From an uncultured Verrucomicrobiota bacterium (GTDB lineage: Bacteria > Verrucomicrobiota > Kiritimatiellia > CAIKKV01 > CAITUY01), in NCBI GenBank assembly GCA_964535015.1, contig CAZHRU010000003.1, positions 3,940 to 67,939 on the forward strand: a stretch of 64,000 nt of DNA, in the 5' to 3' direction. Numbering within the stretch: the first letter of the stretch is position 1; each line of letters begins with the position of its first letter. Shown piece after piece: positions 9,560 through 17,703 of the stretch. The position numbers and the translations under genes were made by a program. The notes under the pieces are model-generated. The model was not told where the DNA came from. It saw nothing but the letters and a program-made list of their open reading frames with translations, and made no database searches.

Positions 9560-10648
9560 ATGATTCGATTAAGCGGGACGATCAAGAATTGGCTATTGAG
9601 AATGGGAGAGCGAATCTTTCTCGGTGCAAGTCTGCGGCAGGCGTATCTTGTAATGGGAGGGCATATATATTTCCAGACATTGAGTGCTGCCGTCCAATTG
9701 GACTTATTTACATTGCTGGCTCGGAAAGGGCCCCTGCGACGTGAAGAGATCGCGTCAATTCTGGGGATCGATGAAAAGCCGGCACGCATCCTTTTGTTGG
9801 GATGTTCATCATTGGGTCTTGTTCGTCACGTTCGCAGGGGGTGCTATGGGAACACGAGGCTTTCGTCCTTGTTATTGAACGCTGATCATCCTCGTAACAT
9901 CCTTGCCATTATTCGCTGGCAGCATTTCATCAACTACCGAGCCATGTATTATTTCGGTGATGCCATCAAGGTTAATCGGAATGTTGGGCTTGAAGTCTTC
10001 AAGGGCGGGGGTGCAACGCTTTATGAGCGGTTATCAGCAAACCCCGAACTCGAGCAGATATTTCAAGATGCGATGCAAGCCATTTCGGTCCAGGCAAATC
10101 ATCTACTGGCAGGGTCTGTCGATTTTTCACAGTTCAAATACCTATTGGATGTCGGTGGGGGGAATGCCACCAATATCATCGCGTTAGCCAGGTGCTGTCC
10201 AGGCCTTAGAGCTGCCGTCTTTGACTGGCCTTCTGTGTGCGCCATTGCGTCCGAGAATATTCAGAAAGAAGGGTTGGCGCAAAGGCTTCAAGCCGTATCG
10301 GGAAACTGTTTCTCGGATCCGTTTCCCGAGGGAGTGGATTGCGTCCTGTTCTGTCATTTCATGACCATTTGGTCCGAGGCCAAGAATAGAGTTTTATTGA
10401 AGAAGGCCTATGAGGCTCTGCCGACAGGAGGTGCTGCAATAGTGTTCAACATGATGCAGAATGATTGTGAAACTGGGCCTCTTAGCGCCGCCATGGGTTC
10501 GCCTTATTTCCTCACATTGGCAACAGGTGAGGGGATGCTTTACACATGGTCCGAGTATGAGTCATGGATGAAGGAAGCTGGTTTTCGAAAGGTCATTGTC
10601 CAAAGACTCATTCGTGATCATGGCATTATCATCGGCATAAAACAATGA
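9560..10648 (+). CDS. SAM-dependent methyltransferase (Methyltransf_2 fold with dimerisation domain); possibly an aromatic C-methyltransferase
   Basis: N-terminal dimerisation helices (LSAAVQLDLF), LLDVGGG SAM motif, VFDWP, GNCFSDPFP, LFCHFMTIWS. GGAG RBS lies before ATG 9560. Confidence 0.88.
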   Translation: MIRLSGTIKNWLLRMGERIFLGASLRQAYLVMGGHIYFQTLSAAVQLDLFTLLARKGPLRREEIASILGIDEKPARILLLGCSSLGLVRHVRRGCYGNTRLSSLLLNADHPRNILAIIRWQHFINYRAMYYFGDAIKVNRNVGLEVFKGGGATLYERLSANPELEQIFQDAMQAISVQANHLLAGSVDFSQFKYLLDVGGGNATNIIALARCCPGLRAAVFDWPSVCAIASENIQKEGLAQRLQAVSGNCFSDPFPEGVDCVLFCHFMTIWSEAKNRVLLKKAYEALPTGGAAIVFNMMQNDCETGPLSAAMGSPYFLTLATGEGMLYTWSEYESWMKEAGFRKVIVQRLIRDHGIIIGIKQ

Positions 10649-10831
10649 TGTGTACATATATGTGCGGATTTAAGGTTCTTGTTGGTGTGTAGGCTGGTGA
10701 ATGGCAATGTTGTGCTGAACTTATTAACATGTTTGTACATAGGTGCATTTATGTTAATCTTGATTGTTATTTGCCATACCAGATATTGTGGTGTGAAATA
10801 GAAAATACCATACATATTGATTTTCATGATT

Positions 10832-10847
10832 TGGCACTGCGATTGCT
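10832..10847 (+). promoter_or_regulatory. Sigma-54 (-24/-12) promoter upstream of the FadL-like gene
   Basis: TGGCAC-TGCGA-TTGCT matches the TGGCAC-N5-TTGCW consensus, 53 bp before the ATG, within an AT-rich intergenic region. Confidence 0.85.
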
Positions 10848-10900
10848 ATAGGACCTTGCTGTTGATGATAGCGGTGGAACAACAATAGCGGAGGTATTGA

Positions 10901-12181
10901 ATGAGCAGGATGATGCAAAAGTGGGGGTTGGTGGTTGTGGCTGTTTGCAGTGTGGCCATGGTGGGTTATGCCAACGGGTTTAGGAATCCGCCGGAGGGTG
11001 CTGCGGCGCTTGGGCGAGTTGGCGGCAAGGTGGCGCTGGCCGATGATGCGGCTGCTGTGGCGCATAATCCTGCGAACCTGACGGAGTTGAAGGGGGCTGA
11101 ACTTGAGGCATCGGTGACTCTGATCAATACCGAGACGAAGTACCGGTCGCCGATGGGCGGTTCCACGACGGATGATCCCTGGAAGTACTTGCCGAATGTG
11201 TTTTATGCGACTCCGATCGAAAATTCCCGGTATGCGGCGGGCATCGGGTTGACCACGCCGTTCGGGCAGTCCACGGTATGGGACAAAGAGAGTGTGTTCC
11301 GCTATACGGCGCCGTATTTTGCGGAGATGAAGACGGTCAACCTGAATCCCACGCTGGCGGCCAAGGTGAGCGACAAGGTGTCGGTGGCGGCGGGGTTGGA
11401 TGTGTACTGGTCAAGCCTGGATCTCAAGCAGGTGTTTCCCTGGGGGATGGTGACGGGCAACCCATTGATCCCGGACGGGGAAGTTCGGATGCAGGGCAGT
11501 GGTGTGGGTGTTGGCGGCAATGCGGCGGTGACCTTCCGTCCCGTTCCCCGGCATATCGTGGCCTTGACCTATCGGTCCGCGGTGAAGGTGGACTACGAGG
11601 GTGACACTGATTTTGCGGGATTTCCTGCGGGCGGGGAAGTTCTCGGGATTTCGCCTGGCAGTGATTTTGACACCTCCATCGAGTTTCCGACGGTGGCCGC
11701 GCTCGGGTATGCGGTGAAGATTACCGACAACGTCCGCGTGGAAGCCGATGTGGAGTGGGTGCAGTTTTCCAAGTATGAAAACCTTGTCCTTGATGCCGGG
11801 CGCAATAATCCGCTGGTGCAGCGGCCGGGCAGTGTAAACCCGATGGCCCCGGTGGCGATTCCCCAGCAATGGGATGACACGTGGACCTATGGTCTGGGCG
11901 CCGAGTGGGATGTGCGGTCCGATCTGACGTTGCGTGCGGGGTATATCTTCCTGGAAAGCCCGGTGCCGGAAACGACGCTGGCGCCGACGCTGCCGGATGC
12001 GGATCGCCATGTGATTTCGGTGGGGGCGGGTCTCCATCGAAACGGACACCGGGTCGACCTTGCCTACGGTTACAGTGTGATCGGTGACCGTGAGGTTTCC
12101 CCGGAAGCGAACCCCGCCTATGCGGGCACGTATGAGACCAGTTCCCATTTGATGAGTGTGACCTATGGCTGCACATTCTGA
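10901..12181 (+). CDS. FadL/OmpP1/TodX-family outer-membrane hydrophobic-molecule channel
   Basis: Signal peptide, then GF...GRVGG...ADDAAAVAHNPANL hatch motif, YLPNVFY, GLTTPFG, LNPTLA, PDADRH and a C-terminal Phe. GGAGG RBS. Confidence 0.9.
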   Translation: MSRMMQKWGLVVVAVCSVAMVGYANGFRNPPEGAAALGRVGGKVALADDAAAVAHNPANLTELKGAELEASVTLINTETKYRSPMGGSTTDDPWKYLPNVFYATPIENSRYAAGIGLTTPFGQSTVWDKESVFRYTAPYFAEMKTVNLNPTLAAKVSDKVSVAAGLDVYWSSLDLKQVFPWGMVTGNPLIPDGEVRMQGSGVGVGGNAAVTFRPVPRHIVALTYRSAVKVDYEGDTDFAGFPAGGEVLGISPGSDFDTSIEFPTVAALGYAVKITDNVRVEADVEWVQFSKYENLVLDAGRNNPLVQRPGSVNPMAPVAIPQQWDDTWTYGLGAEWDVRSDLTLRAGYIFLESPVPETTLAPTLPDADRHVISVGAGLHRNGHRVDLAYGYSVIGDREVSPEANPAYAGTYETSSHLMSVTYGCTF

Positions 12182-13361
12182 CGTGGCGGATAAAGCGACC
12201 ACGGAGACTGCGCGTCCCAAGGTTCTGGTTATTGATGATGAACGGGGTCCGCGTGAGAGTCTGCGGATCCTGTTGAAGACGGAATACGACGTGTTGTGCG
12301 CCGAGTCGGTGGATGTCGGGGTTACGATGTTGAAGGAGCATCATCCCGACATGGTGATCATGGACATCCGGATGCCGGGCAAGAGCGGCATTGAGGGGTT
12401 GAAGGCGATCCGCGACCTGGACACGGCGGTGTCCGTGGTGATGTTCACTGGATTCGGGGCGCTGGAAACGGCGCAGGAAGCCATCCGGCTGGGGGCCAAC
12501 GATTATCTCAAGAAGCCGTTCGATGCCTTTGAAATCCGTGAGGTGGTGCACCGGTATGTGCGGCGCACTCAGGTGGAAAGGCGCCGACGGCAGACCGTTG
12601 ATGAACTGGGGCAACTCAATCAGACGCTCAAGGAAGAGTTGGTGCGGAAAGAGCATCTGGCGGTTCTGGGGCGGAAGTCCGCGGAACTGATGCACGACAT
12701 ACGGCAGCCGTTGACGGCGGTCACGGCGTATGTGGACCTGTTGTCCTCCGAGTTGAAGGACGTCCAGACCCATTTTGGGGACCGCTGGCAGGAGACCTCG
12801 GCGTACCTTGATAAAATCGAAAATGGCGCGGAACGGTGCAGGCGACTGGCGGACATGTGGCTGGACATCAGCCGTGGGAAACTGAACCGCGCACCGATTC
12901 GGGTTCAGGAGATTGGTGATGCCGTGGTGCATGACTGTCGTTCGCTGGTTGACGAGAGGAAGGTGGTCCTGATGGTCGAGATGGATGATGGAGCCACTGT
13001 GATCAATGTTGACAGGATGCAGTACACGCGGGCGCTTCAGAATCTCCTGGTGAATGCCGTTGAGGCGGTTCAACCTGGCACTGGACGGGTGAAGGTGTGG
13101 TGCCGGTGTGATGGGGGACAGGTTGAACTGGGTGTTGAGGATAACGGCTGCGGGATGAGTCCGGAGCAAATCAAGCGTTCGGTGGAGCCTTTCTTCAGCA
13201 CCAAACCGGGAACGGGAACGGGTCTTGGGTTGTTCATTGCGCGTCAGGCGGTGGAAGCGCATGGTGGCACGATGCGGATTGAGAGTGAGACTGGCAAGGG
13301 GACGAGGATCACGATAACGGCGCCCTGTGGTGATAATACAAGTAGTCAGAATCCAGAATGA
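12165..13361 (+). CDS. REC-HisKA-HATPase hybrid histidine kinase
   Basis: VLVIDDE...DIRMP REC, LMHDIRQPL, NLLVNAVEA, DNGCGM, GTGLGL. Overlaps the end of the FadL-like gene. Confidence 0.9.
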   Translation: MAAHSDVADKATTETARPKVLVIDDERGPRESLRILLKTEYDVLCAESVDVGVTMLKEHHPDMVIMDIRMPGKSGIEGLKAIRDLDTAVSVVMFTGFGALETAQEAIRLGANDYLKKPFDAFEIREVVHRYVRRTQVERRRRQTVDELGQLNQTLKEELVRKEHLAVLGRKSAELMHDIRQPLTAVTAYVDLLSSELKDVQTHFGDRWQETSAYLDKIENGAERCRRLADMWLDISRGKLNRAPIRVQEIGDAVVHDCRSLVDERKVVLMVEMDDGATVINVDRMQYTRALQNLLVNAVEAVQPGTGRVKVWCRCDGGQVELGVEDNGCGMSPEQIKRSVEPFFSTKPGTGTGLGLFIARQAVEAHGGTMRIESETGKGTRITITAPCGDNTSSQNPE

Positions 13362-13413
13362 ATCACCGACGAGCGCAAAGGCTAGTGTGCAAAGGGAGTG
13401 AGTTTATTGCTCC

Positions 13414-15117
13414 CTATTCTGAACCCTGACTTCTGAATTCTGAATACCCATCCGGTAATGCCGTATGGTTGATGGAACGGGCGAGATCGCTGATGGTGTC
13501 CGTGTCGCCTGAGAAGAAGGCGCCGAGGGCCGTGTCACGGAAGAGGCCAGCCTCCATGCCGGCCTGAACGCTCATCAGGTAGGTTTCGTCGCTGATGGAG
13601 GTGGGGATTCCGAGGCGACCGACTTTGCGGGCGAATGCGCCTGTCATCCCCAGCACCTTGCGGTAGGAGCGCCCGTCAATTTCGATGGGCATGGAGTTCC
13701 AGAAGCGGGGAGGCAACTGGAGTTTGACTTTCCAGGTCATGGCTACGTTGAGGTACTGGTCGGGGTCGGCGAACCGGATACGGTACTGGTCGGGCGACTG
13801 GAACCAGGCGGTTCGTGGGGCGACGATGGGTGCCTGAAGCATGAGGGAATGGAGTCCGACATTTTGAAGCAAGGTGAGAGTCTCCGCTTCCGACTGAGCG
13901 GTTTCGCCTGGACAGGGGAAGATCACGCTGCCGACGGTGAAGATTCCTGCGGCCTTGCATCGGAGGAGGGCGCGCCGGGTATCCTCGACCCGAATGCCTT
14001 TGCGTAGCGCATCCAGGATGGGTTGGGAGCCGGACTCGATGCCAAAGAAGAGGGAGACGCATCCGGACCGGCGAATGGTTTCAAAATCCGCGTCATCGGC
14101 TTCCCGGATATGGGCGAAGGAGGCGTAGCGCAGGGGGAGTTTTTCGTTCAAGGTGGCCCGTGCGAATTCGTTAAGGAGGGTATAGGGCGTGCAGGAGCCT
14201 GCGAAACGGAAGGCCCGGATCCCGTACCGGTGATCCAAGTCCCTGACTTCCGCCAGGAGGCGGGTAATACTTTTGAGGCGGACGCTCTTGTTGCTTTTCA
14301 CGGGGTGGACGCAGAAGGTGCAGGCGTTGCGGCAACCGCGGCTTTCGTCGATCACCATGATTTTGATTTTCTCGTCGCCCGCCATGGCGGGATAGACGGC
14401 GGGGTCGTAGATGGGGAGGGGAAGGTCGTCCAGATTGGCCACCATGAGTTCGTCGGTAAAGCGGATAGTGCCGCCGGGTTCCATGAAGATCAAATTGGGG
14501 ATTTCGCCCAGGGTCTTGTTTTCGGCGCCGTGGCGAGCGAGCATGACGATGGTGTGTTCGCCCTCGCCGTGGGCGAGGGCGTCGAAGACGGGGTAGCGGC
14601 GCAGGATGCGGTCCATAAAGAGATCCACATGCGGACCGCCGCCGAAGATGCGGAGGTGCGGGTGGCGATGACGCAGGATGGAGGCGAGGCGGGCGGAGCC
14701 CTCGAGGCCATCGCCATTCCAGAGTTTAAAGCCCACGGCATCGATGTGGTGTTCTTCGACGGCATCGGAAAGTTCGGCGCCGATGATCTCAATGGCCTGT
14801 TGCTGGAGGTGGCGGCGTTCGGTTTCGGCGCGTTGCAGAATCGGCAGGGCGACCAGGCGGCGCAGGGCGGTTAGAGGGCCGGGGTCCGGTTGGCGGAGGG
14901 CCTGCCACTCGCGGGCGAGGCGATGGCGGAGATCTGGGGAGGTCATCCGGCGAATCGTTCCGACGGTAGAGAAGTCGAGGATGCGGACGGTGCGACCGTC
15001 CTTGAAGAGGGCGCCGGCCAGGTTGGCCAGGCCGTTGTCGGGCATCAGGCTGTTGGGTGCGAACGGATACCCGGCATAGTTGACGAGCAGCCAGTTCTGG
15101 AGTGGTTTAGTCGGCAT
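13414..15117 (-). CDS. B12-binding domain radical SAM protein
   Basis: GGPH cobalamin-domain motif, HGEGEHT, SRGCRNACTFC (CxxxCxxC), FGIESGS. Confidence 0.9.
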   Translation of the reverse strand: MPTKPLQNWLLVNYAGYPFAPNSLMPDNGLANLAGALFKDGRTVRILDFSTVGTIRRMTSPDLRHRLAREWQALRQPDPGPLTALRRLVALPILQRAETERRHLQQQAIEIIGAELSDAVEEHHIDAVGFKLWNGDGLEGSARLASILRHRHPHLRIFGGGPHVDLFMDRILRRYPVFDALAHGEGEHTIVMLARHGAENKTLGEIPNLIFMEPGGTIRFTDELMVANLDDLPLPIYDPAVYPAMAGDEKIKIMVIDESRGCRNACTFCVHPVKSNKSVRLKSITRLLAEVRDLDHRYGIRAFRFAGSCTPYTLLNEFARATLNEKLPLRYASFAHIREADDADFETIRRSGCVSLFFGIESGSQPILDALRKGIRVEDTRRALLRCKAAGIFTVGSVIFPCPGETAQSEAETLTLLQNVGLHSLMLQAPIVAPRTAWFQSPDQYRIRFADPDQYLNVAMTWKVKLQLPPRFWNSMPIEIDGRSYRKVLGMTGAFARKVGRLGIPTSISDETYLMSVQAGMEAGLFRDTALGAFFSGDTDTISDLARSINHTALPDGYSEFRSQGSE

Positions 15118-15120
15118 ACG

Positions 15121-16779
15121 TTATCCGATCCTGTCCGGTCGTGAAGTCTGTTGATCTGCCTGGCGGACCAGGTTTAGCAAGGCGGCGCCGCCATCATCCG
15201 GAAGTTGTTTCAGGCGGTTTTTCTGGAAGGCGTCGCGAAACTCCATGATGCGTCTGGTTTCGGGGACGGGCCACTCGGGGGGGAAATGTTCCAGGTACAG
15301 GTGGGAGGGTCCGGAGACGCGTTCAAAGATCGTGCGCATTGCCTCGCGGGCCTCGGTCGAATCCATGGTGTTGTGCGACCATGTTTCGCCGGTTCCCTTC
15401 AGGCCGAATTCCTCGCGGCGTTCGGGGGTGGCGGCGGGGCAGAGGGGGACGACTTCGAAACGGAACATGTAGTAGCGATGGATGGCGCGGGCGTTGCCGC
15501 CGGAAGGCATTGAGGAGATGAGATCTGCCGTGTTTTGGATCGAGGCGGCACACTCGCCGGGGAAGCCGACCAGGAATGTGCATTGGGTACCGATGCCGTG
15601 CCGGTCCAGGAGGGTGATGGCGCGCAGGGCCTTTTCGGGGTCAAGGTGTTTTCGCATATTGTGCAACACGGTTGGGTCGCCGGATTCGATGCCGACGAGG
15701 CATTCGCGGCAGCCGGACTCGGCCATGAGTGCGGCGGCTTCCTCATCGATGGCGTCGGCCCGGATGAAAGCACGCCAGGTCAGGCCGAGGTTTGCCTTGA
15801 CGAGAGCGCGCGTGAATTGTGTGATCCGGTTACGGGTGACGGCCAGGTTATCGTCGGTAAAGAAGACGCGGCGCGGCGCCGGCATGGCTGCGGACAAGGT
15901 GCTCAGCTCGCTGAGGAGGCTATCGACTGAGCGCAGGCGGGGTTCATAGAGGCCCATGAAGTCGCAGAACTCACAACGGAACGGGCATCCCATGGCGGTG
16001 CGGATGGGGGCCTCGAAATGCTTGAGACGGTCCGTGTGCTGACGCCAGTCCACGATACTGCCGTCGATATCGCTGGTTTCCGGGACGGTCGAGTTGAAGT
16101 GGTAACCGGAAGGTTTTGGGATGGCGAGGTTGGGGAGATCGCGGAAGTCCCTGTCTTCGGCGAGGCGGCGGGCAATGGCGGCAAGGGTATTTTCGCCACC
16201 TTCGCTGACGATGAGCGCATCCAGGTCGAGATCGCGGGAAGCGTCGACGAGGAAATAGTGTTCGGCGACTTCACCGGGTGACATTCCGCTGAGTCTGCCT
16301 TCCTGCAGCAGTTTGCGGGCGCGCAGGCCTTTGCGGACTCCGACGCCGCCGGCGACGATGGGGATGCCCGGGGCGGCGGCCTTGAGGCGTTGGGCGGCAT
16401 TACGGATGAGGGTGGCGCCGTGCGACCCGGGCAACCAGGTGGTGGACAGGGCGATCAGCCGGACGCCGTTGGCAATGGCCGCATGGACGGTATCCATGCC
16501 GGTTTCGAGGCATGGAATTTCCAGCAGATTCAACCCGAGGCGGGCCATGTGATCCTTCAGGAATGGGCCGGTGAGGACAGGGGAGGTGCCCATGGAGGCC
16601 CGGATGCGTGCCAGGTGTTGGAAGGCGGCCTGCGGATCGGGACTGGCCAAGGCGCGGAGGACTGGGAATGAAGCCACTTGATTGTGGAGTTCGAGGCGCA
16701 AGGGTTTGTAGACGGCGGGATCGCCGGTGTCACGGGGCGCCAAAATCTGTGAGATAAACAGAATGTCAATTGTAGACAC
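15121..16779 (-). CDS. B12-binding domain radical SAM protein (putative methyltransferase)
   Basis: IALSTTWL, SEGGENT, MGCPFRCEFC, FTDDNL, GIESGD. GTG start at 16779 follows a GGAGG RBS. Confidence 0.88.
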   Translation of the reverse strand: MSTIDILFISQILAPRDTGDPAVYKPLRLELHNQVASFPVLRALASPDPQAAFQHLARIRASMGTSPVLTGPFLKDHMARLGLNLLEIPCLETGMDTVHAAIANGVRLIALSTTWLPGSHGATLIRNAAQRLKAAAPGIPIVAGGVGVRKGLRARKLLQEGRLSGMSPGEVAEHYFLVDASRDLDLDALIVSEGGENTLAAIARRLAEDRDFRDLPNLAIPKPSGYHFNSTVPETSDIDGSIVDWRQHTDRLKHFEAPIRTAMGCPFRCEFCDFMGLYEPRLRSVDSLLSELSTLSAAMPAPRRVFFTDDNLAVTRNRITQFTRALVKANLGLTWRAFIRADAIDEEAAALMAESGCRECLVGIESGDPTVLHNMRKHLDPEKALRAITLLDRHGIGTQCTFLVGFPGECAASIQNTADLISSMPSGGNARAIHRYYMFRFEVVPLCPAATPERREEFGLKGTGETWSHNTMDSTEAREAMRTIFERVSGPSHLYLEHFPPEWPVPETRRIMEFRDAFQKNRLKQLPDDGGAALLNLVRQADQQTSRPDRIG

Positions 16780-16799
16780 TGGTTTCCTCCGCACATCCA

Positions 16800-16828
16800 A
16801 TGATGTTCATATTTCCGCAGAATGTCAA
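16800..16828 (-). promoter_or_regulatory. Putative sigma-70 promoter for the radical SAM pair
   Basis: Minus strand reads TTGACA-17 nt-CATCAT just upstream of the RBS. Confidence 0.5.
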
Positions 16829-16932
16829 CGAGAAGCCCCCGATCTGGTGAGGGGTTATTGTTGAAGTTTGACTGCCATAAGGGGTTAAGACGGCGAGTAT
16901 CTGCAGGATTCTCAACATGGGCGCAGGCGCTT

Positions 16933-17703
16933 TCAGGTCCGGCCGCCCAGGACAGCGGTCACGGCTTTCAACAGGTCGGGGGGGGTGCTGGAGCTTACAA
17001 ACCTGTCCACATTGGTAAACTTGGCGTCGGGGTTGTGGAGCCCGCTGGAGTCATAGACGATGACGGAAATACCGCTGGCATTGGTGAAGGGTGCCAGGCT
17101 GGCGGCGATAGAACTGCCCGCCATTCCGGGCAGCATTTCCTTCAGCAGGATCACATCCGGGGTTCGTGCCTGCAGGGATTCAACCAATGTCGAGTTATCG
17201 TGCAGGATGGTGGTTTCGTAGCCGGCGGCGGTGAAGAAGCTACGCAGGCGCATGGAAAGGCGAGGCTCGTCTTCGATGATCATCAAATGGGGATGGTGGT
17301 GGTGCGCGTTACAATTCCGGCCGGCCTTTTTGTGTTTGAGCAGGATGCGTTCGATCTCCCGTGTCAAGAGCGTTGGATCGCAGGTTTTGGCGAGGAATCC
17401 CTCGACGGCGGTATCGGCGAAGAACTGTTCCATATTGGCACGTGCCGTGAAGACCAGGACGGGGTAGCGGGGTTTCTCGTCGGCGCCGGAAATTCTTTTC
17501 AGGAAGGCGAGGCCGGTCATTCCGGGCATGCTGATATCCAGGATGATCAGGTCGGGGGTGAGCGTCCGCAGGACTTGCAGGGCCTGGTCGCCGGTTTCGG
17601 CGGTGACGACCTCATAGCCGTCCAGGCGGAGTTGGTCGCCGACACTAAGGAGGACAGCGGGGTCGTCGTCCACGAGTAGAATCCGGTCCTGTGTGGTGGT
17701 CAT
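16933..17703 (-). CDS. Tandem REC-REC response regulator
   Basis: First REC is canonical (LLVDDD...LDISMP). The second REC has IIEDE but LLKEMLP at the phospho-Asp position, so it is likely degenerate. Confidence 0.85.
   Translation of the reverse strand: MTTTQDRILLVDDDPAVLLSVGDQLRLDGYEVVTAETGDQALQVLRTLTPDLIILDISMPGMTGLAFLKRISGADEKPRYPVLVFTARANMEQFFADTAVEGFLAKTCDPTLLTREIERILLKHKKAGRNCNAHHHHPHLMIIEDEPRLSMRLRSFFTAAGYETTILHDNSTLVESLQARTPDVILLKEMLPGMAGSSIAASLAPFTNASGISVIVYDSSGLHNPDAKFTNVDRFVSSSTPPDLLKAVTAVLGGRT

Noticed and set aside
9325-9789. 155-aa N-terminal extension of the ketosynthase in the ORF track
   Set aside because: It overlaps the divergent methyltransferase and the AT-rich promoter region; KS homology starts at ATG 9324.
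11721-13262. 513-aa minus-strand ORF (and similar long antisense ORFs at 53060-54718, 21925-23124, 59713-60843 and 55105-56508)
   Set aside because: These are shadow or alternate frames of well-supported genes in high-GC DNA, with no recognisable motifs.
8080-16779. Type II PKS, aryl polyene or ladderane biosynthetic cluster
   Set aside because: There is no ACP, chain-length factor, ketoreductase or dehydratase, and the neighbours are signalling genes.
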